A stretch of DNA of 63,837 nt, counting the filler, from Lenisia limosa (lineage: Eukaryota; Protista; Breviatea): the NCBI GenBank assembly GCA_001655205.1. It is 7 parts of 7 records of this genome, joined end to end, with 100 filler letters (N's around TTAATTAATTAA, not from the genome) between each part and the next. Parts side by side here need not be neighbours in the genome. Positions count along the whole stretch, not along the records: positions 1 to 26,314 come from LPNZ01002062.1; 6 more parts are not named here. One strand, 5' to 3'. Both the position numbers and the translations under genes were made by a program. Positions 1 through 11,147 of the stretch are shown here, piece after piece. The notes beneath the pieces were generated by a model. That model did no database searches, was not told where the DNA came from, and worked only from the letters and a program-made list of their open reading frames with translations. Position 1 is the first letter of the stretch, and every line of letters begins with the position of its first letter.

Positions 1-1239
1 ACATCCAGCCGACTTGTCGGGCTCGGGAATAGTGGGAACCAAGGGAAAGCGAGCAGACTAAACTGTTAACCAACACCCTCAAAACGCTAAATGCAACTGT
101 TCTGTCTATTATCGCTCACCCTGGCAGCAGCAACGAGGTTGAGCAGGAAGAAGAGAATTGAAACCAGAAGTGCAACACCAACACCAGTGAAGAGTCCGTA
201 CTGGGTGATCTCAACAGCCGAATCTGGAGCATTAGGAGGACAAAACAAGGGGGAAGCTTACCGTTATCAAGGAAAGAGAAGAGACCTCCAACGAAGGTTC
301 CGATGATTGGACCAAGGAAAGCGAGAATATCACCAATAGTTCTGGATTTCGGTGCAGGGGTAACACGGTAGGAGCCACAGTTGGACTATATCGTAAGTCA
401 AGTAACGGCCTTGGTGATGGTGAACATGGTTGCATCTATTCCATTCCTTCAGACCAAGACGAGGTAGAAATCAGTGTAGTCCAGGGCCCAAGAACCCTTA
501 GCAAGGTCCACAAGACGGGTCAGCCAAATGGACAACACGTAGCCAATGGCGGGAATGGCAGTGAGGATGGCGACTAGGGAATAAAGAAACAATCTAAAAA
601 CCAAAGATTGAAGTAACGAAAGCCATTTCCATTCTTACTAAAAAGAAGGGCGGTTCGAGGTTGCTCATTGCTTAAGAGGTAAGAATGACAATGATGGTAA
701 AGCAATTCTTTAAGAGAAAACACGCCATCCCACTTTAAGATTTCGCCTCTGAAGAAAGAGAAGAAAAGAACAAGCAGCCCATTGATAGCAAAGCCGAGTC
801 CGACAAGGATGGCGAGAAGATAGATACCGGTCACCATCATACGGAAGATGAATCCAGGCCTGAAGGCAGATTAGCTCGGCTAACAAGAACTATTCAATTT
901 AACCACAAAAACAACCCTTACCATGAAGACAAAAGAGTACTGTTGGTAGCATCAAGGTAGTCAATTACAGCAACAAGAGGGGCATTTGGGTCATCAACAT
1001 CCTACATATGACAGGTAACAGGTGACTTTACCTCCTCATCAACAAGGTTAACAACAACATCATCACGCTTTTCATCACGGGGAGGTCCAACGGTGCCTGG
1101 CACATCACTGTGAGAGGTAAAAACAAGGTAATTGGTAAATATATCTGATTTTACCAAACCTTTCATATTGCTGTACTGGTTGGAGCTCAGTAGAGTCATT
1201 AGCAGGCTGAAACTCTTCCATTTGGACGTCGTCGTCCAT
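1..1239 (-). CDS. Uncharacterised multi-pass membrane protein, multi-exon, 3' end runs off the window
   Basis: ATG at 1239 (MDDDVQMEEFQPAND...). GT-AG introns join an acidic N-terminus to several hydrophobic segments (MMVTGIYLLAILVGLGFAINGLLVLFFSFF; LLFIAILTAIPAIGYVLSIWL; GDILAFLGPIIGTFVGGLFSF; GLFTGVGVALLVSILFFLLNLV). No family recognised. Confidence 0.6.
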
Positions 1240-1560
1240 TATGAAATCAGTCCTTCAACCAACTTTGAGAAATAGACTAGTCACACTTCTCTATTTGTAT
1301 ATTTTGCAGTCAGTAGTGGAAAAAAAAAAATGCAAAGAAATCTGTGAAATGTTGGACCAGTAACCAAGCCTTTTAGGAAGTTTCCGCGCTCAACGCCCCT
1401 GCACGTATCTTCTTGTCTTCTACCACTCTTCTACACGTCTTCTATCAGTCAATATCATCAAGAGGAGGAATATATGGGGAAAGGACTTTCAACAAGACAT
1501 TTTATGTGATGGATATATAAATTCAATCCTTACAGCGACAATCCCAATAATCCAGTAATT

Positions 1561-4500
1561 ATGTCGTACAGCAAAGATCTTAGTGGCATTTTTGAAGTTT
1601 TTAAGTGCTTTATTTGCTTTTCAACAGTGGAAGATGCCGTTCTTTTGCCATGCTGTTCCAAACTCTGTTGCAGATCTTGTATCTTCGTGGGTGACATGAT
1701 ATTCGTTGAACCAGTTATCAAGTTGACATTCGTAGAGATGGCTTGATAGCCAGCCAACACATGCATGTCCGCATTGTCGAGCAACTGTCTACACACACCA
1801 ATTAGTCTCTTGCCGATTCGCAGGCGAAGTGTCTCAGGTAGGTCTTTATGTCCATTTATCGTATAGGAGTTAGAAAGGGTCCAAAAAGGTTCCGGAGATC
1901 AATGTGATGAACACAATGCTCCACTGTTTTACTATTGTTCAACTTGCTCGGAAGCCGTTTGCTCTGACTGTGCTCTTTTTGGATCGGTTTGTGGTTTTTA
2001 ATAGCCGAAATTTAAAAATTGGATGTTTTTGACATAGCCCCCCCCCCGTCATGATTACCTAACATTCTTAGCATACTGGCCACTCATTTAGCCATTTGTC
2101 AAGAGTTTACGAAGACCATGTACATGAGCTCCGGTATGTCCGTGTTTTACCATTGGTTTTTACTTCGTCTTAGACAAGCCTGTTCCCAGCTAACAGGTTC
2201 TCTGTCAACACTGAACTCCTACGATAACTCTATCGAAGCTTCTTTGGAAAACCTTGACAGAGCCAAGTTAGAGGTATGCCAGTTATGAATTATTGATGTG
2301 CGTTTGACTGTATTTCTTGTTTTTCACACAAGTAGCATTGTCAGCTGATTAAAAAACTATCTGGGGAAGCTTTGGTGTCTGTTGAAGATCAGTACAGGAT
2401 AATGAAGTCGCAACTGGTCAAATGTGGGGACGAGATCAACACTCGCAGTCGTCTTGTTTCTGCCACACGTGAAGTTAGTGGGGATGGAATATTTTTATTG
2501 TAACCCGTTTGAATTTCGGGTATTCTTTGTTGGAGAATATTTGTAATATATATATTTTTTATTTTCCTAAAACACACACTTTATAATTGATTCAAGAAAA
2601 TATATGAACCCTATTTATTTTTATTCCTTGGGTTTTTTTTTATATATATTTGCTCCCAAAATATATTATCTGACTCTGTTTGCTTAGGCCCTTGAGAGTC
2701 AAATTAGCAATCTCCCAAGAAATCAGTTGATTAGCGACTCAAAAAGCCTTGTTGAATCAATCCAAACGGTAAAGCCAAATCAAGAGTCTTCGTATTGATT
2801 TCTGTCAAGGTGAAAGCTAATTCCGATGCACCCATTCGCTTTCCAGAAGTTTCTGCTGAATTTGCAAATGACATTGTGCCACCTTTTGAAACAGCCCGCT
2901 GTGTCTTGGTGCGATACAAATACATACAATTAAGGAGTTTTAAGGAGAACTCTGGGTTAATTGGCGTTTTGTATGTCAATTTCTATAAACGTGATGGAAT
3001 GTCTGAGCATACTTCTTTTTTAAAATCTCATAAACTTCACATTTTGAAAATTATCCTTTGTTACTTAAAAATATCAACTTTTCTCACACTTCCAGCCTGA
3101 CTATAACAAACGCCGCTCCGGAGGCTCTGATGAAATATTTTTCTCTGATATTTTCATCAGCAATGGTGTCACTTGGAGACTAAAGATTTACCCAAATGGT
3201 AACCATGACAGTCGGGAGCTCTCCTAATATTCAGGAAATGGTGCCGCTGATAAAGAGTTTATCTCAGCATTTGTTGAGATGGTTGATAGTAACGATGCCC
3301 CCTTTCCTGCGCAATACGAGTATCGAGTTCAACTGGTAAGATATGTTTGTTTTATAAGGATTTCTAGGAAGGACCCAATGGAATGCCCAATGTTCAACGA
3401 GATTTTGTTAGCGAGTTTGTTACATCAGACTCATGGGGCTACAATAAGTTTGTCAAGCTAAGTTCAATTGTGAGTTGGGTTTACAGTATTTGCTTTTTTT
3501 TTCTTCCTCATTCAACAATTTTCTATTTTACCACATAGGAAGAAGATGGCCTTTTGACACCTGAAGGATCTTTGATCTTTAATTTCTCAATTCGCCCAAC
3601 CACATTTGCCCAATTATATCGCGATCAATCAAGGTTAGATGAAGCTTAGTATTTTAATAGTGAATATTCAGGCTTTTACAAAGTTTACATACGTCACATA
3701 ACAATGCACTGCACAGAATCTCAGAGATGGAGGCACTTCTTGGTGAGTCATCTCGTGTATACCTAATGTATAGGCTCAACAAATGTGGAGATTTCAACCC
3801 AGACCACTGCCTCCCTTGCAGGTTCACAAAAGAGTCAAAAAGAGAACAGTAGGCTCCTCGACATGAATATTAATGTCATCATTTTGTTGGAAGATCTGTA
3901 AAAAATAAGGATTTATTGGAGAAATCACCTTTTAGATGAAGATGACAATGCTCCCACAGAGTCAAAGGATAAGGATACTAGTAGTTCTGTGAAAAAAATT
4001 AGTTCAATCATTGCACAGTCGCAGGTAGAACAGGTATGGTATGTAGATACACCAACTGTTACTGTTTAGCCTTCATCTCCGAGCCTTATGGCATCAGTGC
4101 TTTACTCTGAATCTGATGAAGAAAGTTTGCCTTTTTTTTATGATAATCCTCTCTTAGTTTGTGATTCTCTGAGTGATGCATCACATTCTTCCAGGCCTAA
4201 AACGCCAAAAGCATCAGTTGAAGGTTTGTGGTTCAAATATTGCTTTTTAAAAACCTTTTTTTGTTTGAACAAGAGAAATTATATGATATGATATTCTACA
4301 TAAGAAGTCTAGAGAAATAAACAAATTACAATGCTCTCGACTATCGTTTGGTTTATTAACACTTCAACAGACTCGACACCCGCTACTCCGCCCAAAATGC
4401 CATCAAAATCGTCAACACCGAATTCAAAACCACCCAAAAGCAGTGCTCATTTGGTGAGGCAGCTTTATGTTTGACTTCTTCTTTTAGACTCCTCAACAGC

Positions 4501-4613
4501 CACATCGTCTTGCAATCCAGGCAGAAATGGCCAATATGTTGTCACAAGCAAGACCCTCATTTGTTGGTGGTGGTGTGTTACTTCAGTCTGCTTTTTTGGG
4601 CTTTCATATTTGA
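1561..4613 (+). CDS. TRIM37: TRIM37-like E3 ubiquitin ligase (RING - B-box - coiled coil - MATH, then low-complexity tail)
   Basis: Spliced translation gives EVFKCFICFSTVEDAVLLPCCSKLCCRSCI (RING; human [30 protein letters not shown]), ACPHCR, B-box CDEHNAPLFYYCSTCSEAVCSDCALFG, and MATH NGVTWRLKIYPNG...QYEYRVQL...FSIRPTTFAQLYRDQ. The 3' end is uncertain (TGA at 4611-4613 in one reconstruction). Confidence 0.88.
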
Positions 4614-5159
4614 GAGTGGACAGTCATTATATTATAACGAGTACATATTATCAATCAGACTGAATGGGTTACTATAGCATTTCGTGTCACAAAATTTCCA
4701 ATCTGGTGTGGCTCAGATGCAATGAACCATATTTTCAAATGCTGGTGTAATTTTTAGACAATATTAGAACCTCAGTACCTTCTCATTGGATATCTCTAAG
4801 TAGCCTGTTCTTAACACTCGATTAATACACTCTAAGAGCACAATTTGATCTATCTGTACAACTGTTTTCCGTTGTAAGCCCTCAAAGGTCTTTACGCTGA
4901 GGAAAACAAAGATAATAAGCTGTTTCTTGTTCATTATAACTCTACAATAGATCTTGACTTGCTTAGAAATCAGTGTAATAAGAGGCTGAATCCGAGCCAC
5001 CCCACTTGAAATTTTGACCCCATTTGCTTGAGTAACCCATGAGTAATACATACCAATTTAATACAACAAAGCAATAATCTGTTTTTGAAAATTCAAAATG
5101 AAAATGAATGTGGACGGAGTCTAATAAGTGTTCTAATGTGGTATAGGCGTTAAATACCC

Positions 5160-5445
5160 ATGATACAGCCGAAGACTTGCCCATTACCTCTTCCTTTACC
5201 CCTCTAAATCAACCTTCAAGCCCAGCGACTCAAAGGTATGTGTTGTCGTATTTCTGTTATTCTTATATTTCAATGCCATCATCATGTAACCAATGTTGAT
5301 GGGGGAGAAGAAGATGGTGATTTGATGGTTTAACATTCTTCAATAACCATTTCCCAGACCCGGCAGTGCAAATGCGGACTTTGACTTGAAAGGCAGAGGA
5401 ATTGACCGTCCCATTTCGAAACGGCCGAACTCTGCTGACCGTTGA
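5160..5445 (+). CDS. Orphan coding-like exons, possibly the true C-terminus of TRIM37
   Basis: DTAEDLPITSSFTPLNQPSSPATQ is followed by a gtatgt donor, then PFPRPGSANADFDLKGRGIDRPISKRPNSADR-TGA. Linkage to the upstream gene is not established. Confidence 0.3.
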
Positions 5446-5999
5446 GTAAACGTGATTGTTTCATTATTGTACATTAGTGTCCATTGTATTTCTTTGTTGT
5501 GTTATTTATGAAGGTTGTATGCTGTACTCACTGGGTGATTATTTTGATGCTGATATGCTCTGACTCCTGCATCCTGTTCCTATTTTTTCAGTGGCCAATC
5601 GCGCATTGTTTCTGCCCTGGGTTTGGTGCATTCCATGAATTGTTTCTGATTCCTTAAAGAAGTAGAAGAGTGGATAGGGGGGANNNNNNNNNNNNNNNNN
5701 NNNNNNNNNNNNNNNNNNNNNNNNNNNNNNNNNNNNNNNNNNNNNNNNNNNNNNNNNNNNNNNNNNNNNNNNNNNNNNNNNNNNNNNNNNNNNNNNNNNN
5801 NNAGAGAAGTTGGTTACGGAAAAAGAAGCCCATAAAGGCTTGCAAGTTTATTAACAGAATCTTAGAACGTCATATATGAGTTATTCGTAATCAAAAAAGG
5901 AATAGTCCAATAAACCCGCTTAGGATGGTGCTTCTGAAAAACTTGTGAAAAGTACCCATTCTTGATTGTCAGGGGGTGTATCTTGAGAGAAACAAATGT

Positions 6000-6525
6000 C
6001 TAGAAACGGAGCTTGGTGAAGAACCACTTGTGGTTGCCGTTGTTGACACTAGAAGAGTAAATCCAAATATTTTTCACCAGAAACAAACCGAGCTTGGAAG
6101 AAAGCGTTGGCCTTGCGGACAGCCATACGCTTCTTGGTGGGGTCAGCGACATCGTGGGGGATCTTGCTAACGGAGTCCACGCTGTATCTGGTAGGCATGC
6201 AGTGGGTGTTGTTAACGACCTTGACAAAGCTAACAACCTTGGTGCGGTTCTTGCGCTTCTTCTCGCTCTAGTTGGGTTACAGACCATTTCTTGATATAAA
6301 ACTACTAACCATGGCCTTGGTGACCTTGAGGGGGCACTGTTCGACACCAGCAACGATGCAGTGACCGTACTTACGCTCCTTGGCGCCCTCAGCGAACTGC
6401 TTAAGGATGACAGCCTTCTTGCCTAGAAAGAATGATGAAGGTTCAGGAAAATTGAGCTACAAACCGGCAAAACGGCCAGAGGTGAGGATAACAACCTTTC
6501 CGGTCTTTAAGAGTTTACCAGCCAT
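6000..6525 (-). CDS. RPL27: 60S ribosomal protein L27 (eL27), 4 exons
   Basis: [46 protein letters not shown]...FVKVVNNTHCMPTRYSVD...KWFFTKLRF-TAG. Three short GT-AG introns restore the frame. Confidence 0.97.
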
Positions 6526-6794
6526 TATGACAATCGGATAAAAGAGGTCACGATAAAAAATCTCGCTGTTGAAAAAGGAAAATGGATGATTTCAGTTCAG
6601 TTCATTCAAAAGTAATTTCGTATATTTTTATGTCAATAATCCAAAACCTGCAAATCAGACTACCTTTTCGACCTTTAATTGATATTCACTGATATTTGAA
6701 TTCAGCAAGTTCATTTGTGTTGGCATAACTTCAAATACCTGACATATTATCCTTGTGATCTTGAAAGGCTGTATACGGAAGGGCCAGCCGTGTT

Positions 6795-9675
6795 ATGAGT
6801 GCCCCTGGGATATCTGAGAAGCTTCTGCTCCCCAGTGTCTCCTTCTCATCCTATGATGTTTGTTTTGGTCAAAAATATGCCTTCTATTCCAAGCTTCTTT
6901 TGGTACTTCTTCAATCTTGACATTTCTAGTGCATAAAGAACGGTGAGATTGAAATCCGAGTACCAGTTATTGAATCAAAGGTTTGTATATTGCGGGGAGG
7001 GCATTTCCTTTTGATGTTATGACAATTTTCGCATTTGGCTTTTTTTTCAATGGTCTAAAAAAAAGCAGTACACCGAAGCGCCATGCCTTGAGATCCACTA
7101 CCAAGCCAATGGTATGGCCGAGACACCAGTTGGGCCACAGCCACACCCACTCAACCCGCGACCGACAGACCTCAAGGCCCCACCAAGGTTTTCACCTGTA
7201 TTCCTAACGCCTTTAGCTTGTTAACTCCTCGCACTCGTCCCTATGTCCAAACGCCTTCCACTCATGGTTCTGTTTTTAAACTCCCTTCTCATAAGTTGGT
7301 TCCATTTACATAGATCTATATTTCTCACCTCTTTTTAGGAAAACTCCAGCTTCAGCTCCTCAGCACCCCAACATGTCCCCACCACAAGCAAAGAAGCAGA
7401 AACATGGTTTGCGTCCAAGACAGTCTTTTTTTATTCTTCAAGAAGCTTGTGTTGAGGAAAGACCGCCTCATGGATGGTCGCAAAACCCACTTTCCGATTT
7501 AGAGTCAATTACAGATATTGGGGTTCCCAAAGATGAGGTAAGAAAGAAGCAAGAGCTGAAAATGTGTTTAAAGCTGTAAATAGTAAATACCAGGTACTAT
7601 TTGAATTCTTGTATTTACCAATTAGATTGCATCTACTCTGAATAAAGAGCTACAAGTTCCGATCCAAGTATGCCTTGTGGTTGTTTTGTTCTACTATTGA
7701 GTAACTACTGATCAATCGATGTCCTGAGTGAAAATAGCGAAAAATTGATATCATATCCCATATGGCAACAATTCTTATTTTGCAAAATAATATATTATAT
7801 ATAGTTTATGGCAAAGCTATTTTCACATAGTTAAAGTATTGGAGAAGGGATTCAGCAAGATTCGGTCTTGATATCATGCCCAGATCACCGCATTATTAGT
7901 CAATCGCAATCGTATTTCGATGGTTCTTTGTTTATCAATTTAGATTGCTCCAGCAAAAACTGTTCATGAAACCAACGTGGAGTGGACAACTTCTGATCAA
8001 TCTGTTCTTGAGCACGCTATACTGATGTAGGTTAAAAGAGGTTGTTTATTTGCTGGTCTTCTCTACAAGTTGATAGAATAAAGCTGAATAAATATCGATA
8101 TTTTTCTGGGTTTTTCGTAGCATAAGGAGGTGTATTTACTTCATTAGGGTGCCCCCAACCCCTCAAAATCCATCCAAAAGATGGGAAACAGTTGCAAAGG
8201 CATTCCCGAACAAGTCAGTTCAGGACATTCTTCAGAGAGTCATGTGGATGCAAGCGAAGCAAGTTGAACGGTTCCATAATGATAGAGTGAGAAGAAGGGG
8301 ACCAGTAATGGATATCATATTATGTCATCTTTTAGCTTGCCTGTGTTGCTCGTAATCGAATTTTATTGAAAGATCAATTCAAGGTAGCCCTAACTATGGA
8401 CTCAACGAAGCTGAATGAAGTAAGTAATACACTTTTTGCTTCCTCATTTTCAAGTCTCTATCTTCGCAACACAGAGGCACACGGCAAATGACTTTCGATA
8501 TTATCAACGAACCTGAAGATGGTAAATTAGTTATCACCAGATATAACCTTGTTTTTTATCTCATTGCTATAAATTCACCTTTTTTTTAGTGGCACGACGA
8601 CCTGTTCCTATTAATACTGCCAACACCTACCTCAATGAAAACTCAAGAATTATTGGACAAGTAGGATATTTGTTGTGATATTATACTTTTTTACATAGGG
8701 TGGTCATCAAATATACACCGGCCGGGATAAGTCTAGACTGATTTTCCTTGGGAAATTATATATAAAGCAAATCAGTCAAGACTTATATAGTATTGAATGA
8801 CCACCCATTCAAGCTTTATTATATTTTCTTGGTTCCTCGAAACGTTTTTACCGTTTAGATCAGAAAAAATTTGAGTACAGGAGAGCTGAATAATAATGTT
8901 GTGCTTGTTGACAGCTTCAGAAGGAACTTGATTGCTTTGCTGTCATGGTTAGTTTGGTTACGAATGGTGGCCTTATTGCCTAGGATGGAGTCTATCCCCA
9001 ATGTTTCGCTCCCCCCTCTCGGCATGGCTCTTGATACCTCCCTACTCCCCCATGTTGCCTTAACACAAAGCCCTGAGCAGGAACCACAAGAGGTGCGATT
9101 GATTATATTCATTTTCATACCATTGTAGCCATCATCAAGTTCATTCTCACTTTTCAGCCAAGTACACCTCAAGTAATTACCCCAATTATCCCTCGCCCAC
9201 CTTCTTGCAGGTTTGTGAAAAATGGTACCCCCATACAATAACAATGGCGTCTAACAAAGTACCTTCGTCAATCTCTAAATCTATGACGATAGTTTGTTCG
9301 TTCTTATTCTTCAAGAGACACAGCAACCATTGTTGATATGGCTTCTTTGAAGCCTTCTACTGCGGAAGTAGTTGAAGCCGAGTCTCCTTCACCACTAGGT
9401 TTGTTTGAATGATAATGTGCTTTGAGCTCCAATTAGGAATGTGTACTCGAATTGCAAATAAGTAATTACAATACAGAGCTTCATTCAGTTCGTTCCCAAA
9501 ATATCAATAATCTTGAGGAATATGAATACTTTGTAAATTACTAAACTAACGCAAGCTAACTTGTTCAGAGGAGACTGAAGGACAGGGAGCCGTTGTTGGT
9601 CCACCTAAACACCTTTTGAAAGGCCGAAGGGGAAGGCCAAAAAAGTCAAGAGGACGGAAACGCGTAGGAAACTAA
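6795..9675 (+). CDS. SANT/Myb-like plus DUF3755-type protein with a C-terminal AT-hook-like motif
   Basis: EWTTSDQSVLEHAIL...KRWETVAKAFPNKSVQDILQRVMWM resembles the plant DUF3755-family SANT (WTxEEQxILE...LPNKTVRDVALRCRWM). Later exons LNENSRIIGQ, ELNNNVVLVDSFRRNLIALL and MESIPNVSLPPLGMALD parallel the DUF3755 region. Ends KGRRGRPKKSRGRKRVGN-TAA. Whether the 6795-7540 exons belong to the same gene is uncertain. Confidence 0.65.
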
Positions 9676-9751
9676 TGTACAATGTAGATTAATTTAACTC
9701 TTCTGTGAAATCAATAGACTTAGATTTATTAGAATAAGAAAGAAGCAACCA

Positions 9752-10824
9752 TTATTTTCTCCTCTGAGCCTGTTTGAATTGGGCGCTAGGCTTGAAATCC
9801 TTGTACTCTCCAGACTGATGAACCTTTTCAAGGGCAGCGACGGCGCTATCAACACCAAGCGCACGTTTGACATCCACTAAAAAGTGTAAAATATGCACTA
9901 TTTACCAAAGAAATCAGTTCAATATATTTACTGCTTTTTTTTTGTGACTTTGTGAAGTACTTTTAAGAATAAACGAAGCATAATCAAAAATTCCCCATAC
10001 CTCGAGAGTCTTCACTGTTTTTAATAGCCAGTCTCTGCTTGCGGTTACCAAAAGTCTTGACAAGCGTTTTGCGGTCAACAGCTGCAACCTCTTTGTTCTC
10101 TTGTTCTCTATTACTGTGTCCGGCGAGCTTTTGATTCATTGTGTATCTAAAGGTATTAAGGTGATATTACGTTCAATTGCAGACAAAAAAAACACCACTT
10201 TCACTAGGGTTATATAACAATGAACATTAACAATATTGACCCTTAGCTTACACTTGTACAGGATTAGAGAGAGTCAGGGTTTTATCTTCCTTGTTCAACA
10301 CTGCGACAACCATTCTAATCTGTTAGAAAAAAAAATAGGTTTATATATTCAATATAAAAGAGAGCACATGCGTACTGTTGTCCACCAGCCACCGACTGCC
10401 CTGACCAATGAATGTCCTTGATTCCTGCAGAGATGTGTCGGTTCTTCAAAAGCTCCTGTATATAAGTCTCACTCTTCCCATGCAAATGAAATTTATAAGA
10501 AATTTAAATCACAGCCCACTTGTCTCTTTGTTTTGATACGCTTGTGGAGTTTCAGGCTGATTCTATTTTCACCCTCCTTGAGAAGAGTGTCACATGGTTT
10601 GCCATTGGGAAAAGAGACTATAGGATCAGATGAACGGCAACAATGAATCACAAACGAATTAAAGGCGTGCTTTCAGAGAGGGAAGGGGAATGATGAATGG
10701 TAACTTCATTCTTGGCAACTTTTGTCGGGACCACTTTGGGTTTCTTTGTGGAATTCTTCACTTCTTTGACCTTTTTTTTACTTTTATCTGATTTACTGCT
10801 CTTCTTTTTCTCTGAGCTACCCAT
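9752..10824 (-). CDS. POLR1E: RNA polymerase I subunit A49/PAF53-like protein, N-terminal module only (about 225 aa)
   Basis: Six exons give a Lys-rich N-terminus, then IVSFPNGKP (human LVQFSNGKL), RHISAGIKDIHWSG (RILAAETDRLSYVG), VVAVLNKEDKTLTL (FVGILNKTSGQMEV) and TFGNRKQRLAI (AFGTTKQKRAL). TAA at 9752-9754. Confidence 0.72.
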
Positions 10825-11147
10825 TCTGGAGAATTACAGACTATTTAAAGCAACCTTAAACGTGAATACCTTCTATTTCGTGCTTAAATATTTAAAATAC
10901 AGATATATATTTTGTTATTATGCTAAGAGAGGGACGAAAAAAAAAAAAAAAACGCTTTCAGTACGGTAGCGGTANNNNNNNNNNNNNNNNNNNNNNNNNN
11001 NNNNNNNNNNNNNNNNNNNNNNNNGGCAGAAACAAAGACGCAAGAAGGCGTGTAATGCTATAAAAGAAAACGAGTCACAACAGAAGAAAAAAACAAAAAA
11101 AAAACAAAAAAGCTGGAGCGTTGCACGACTGTGCTCCAACATATCAT

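Noticed and set aside
574-700. Possible TAA/TAG-to-Gln recoding suggested by in-frame stops in hydrophobic frames
   Set aside because: Short GT-AG introns explain the stops, and RPL27 and MVP end at TAG at their conserved C-termini.
4764-5184. Minus-strand ORFs with a faint PIG-H-like look
   Set aside because: The resemblance is too weak, and coding-like exons with splice donors lie on the plus strand nearby.
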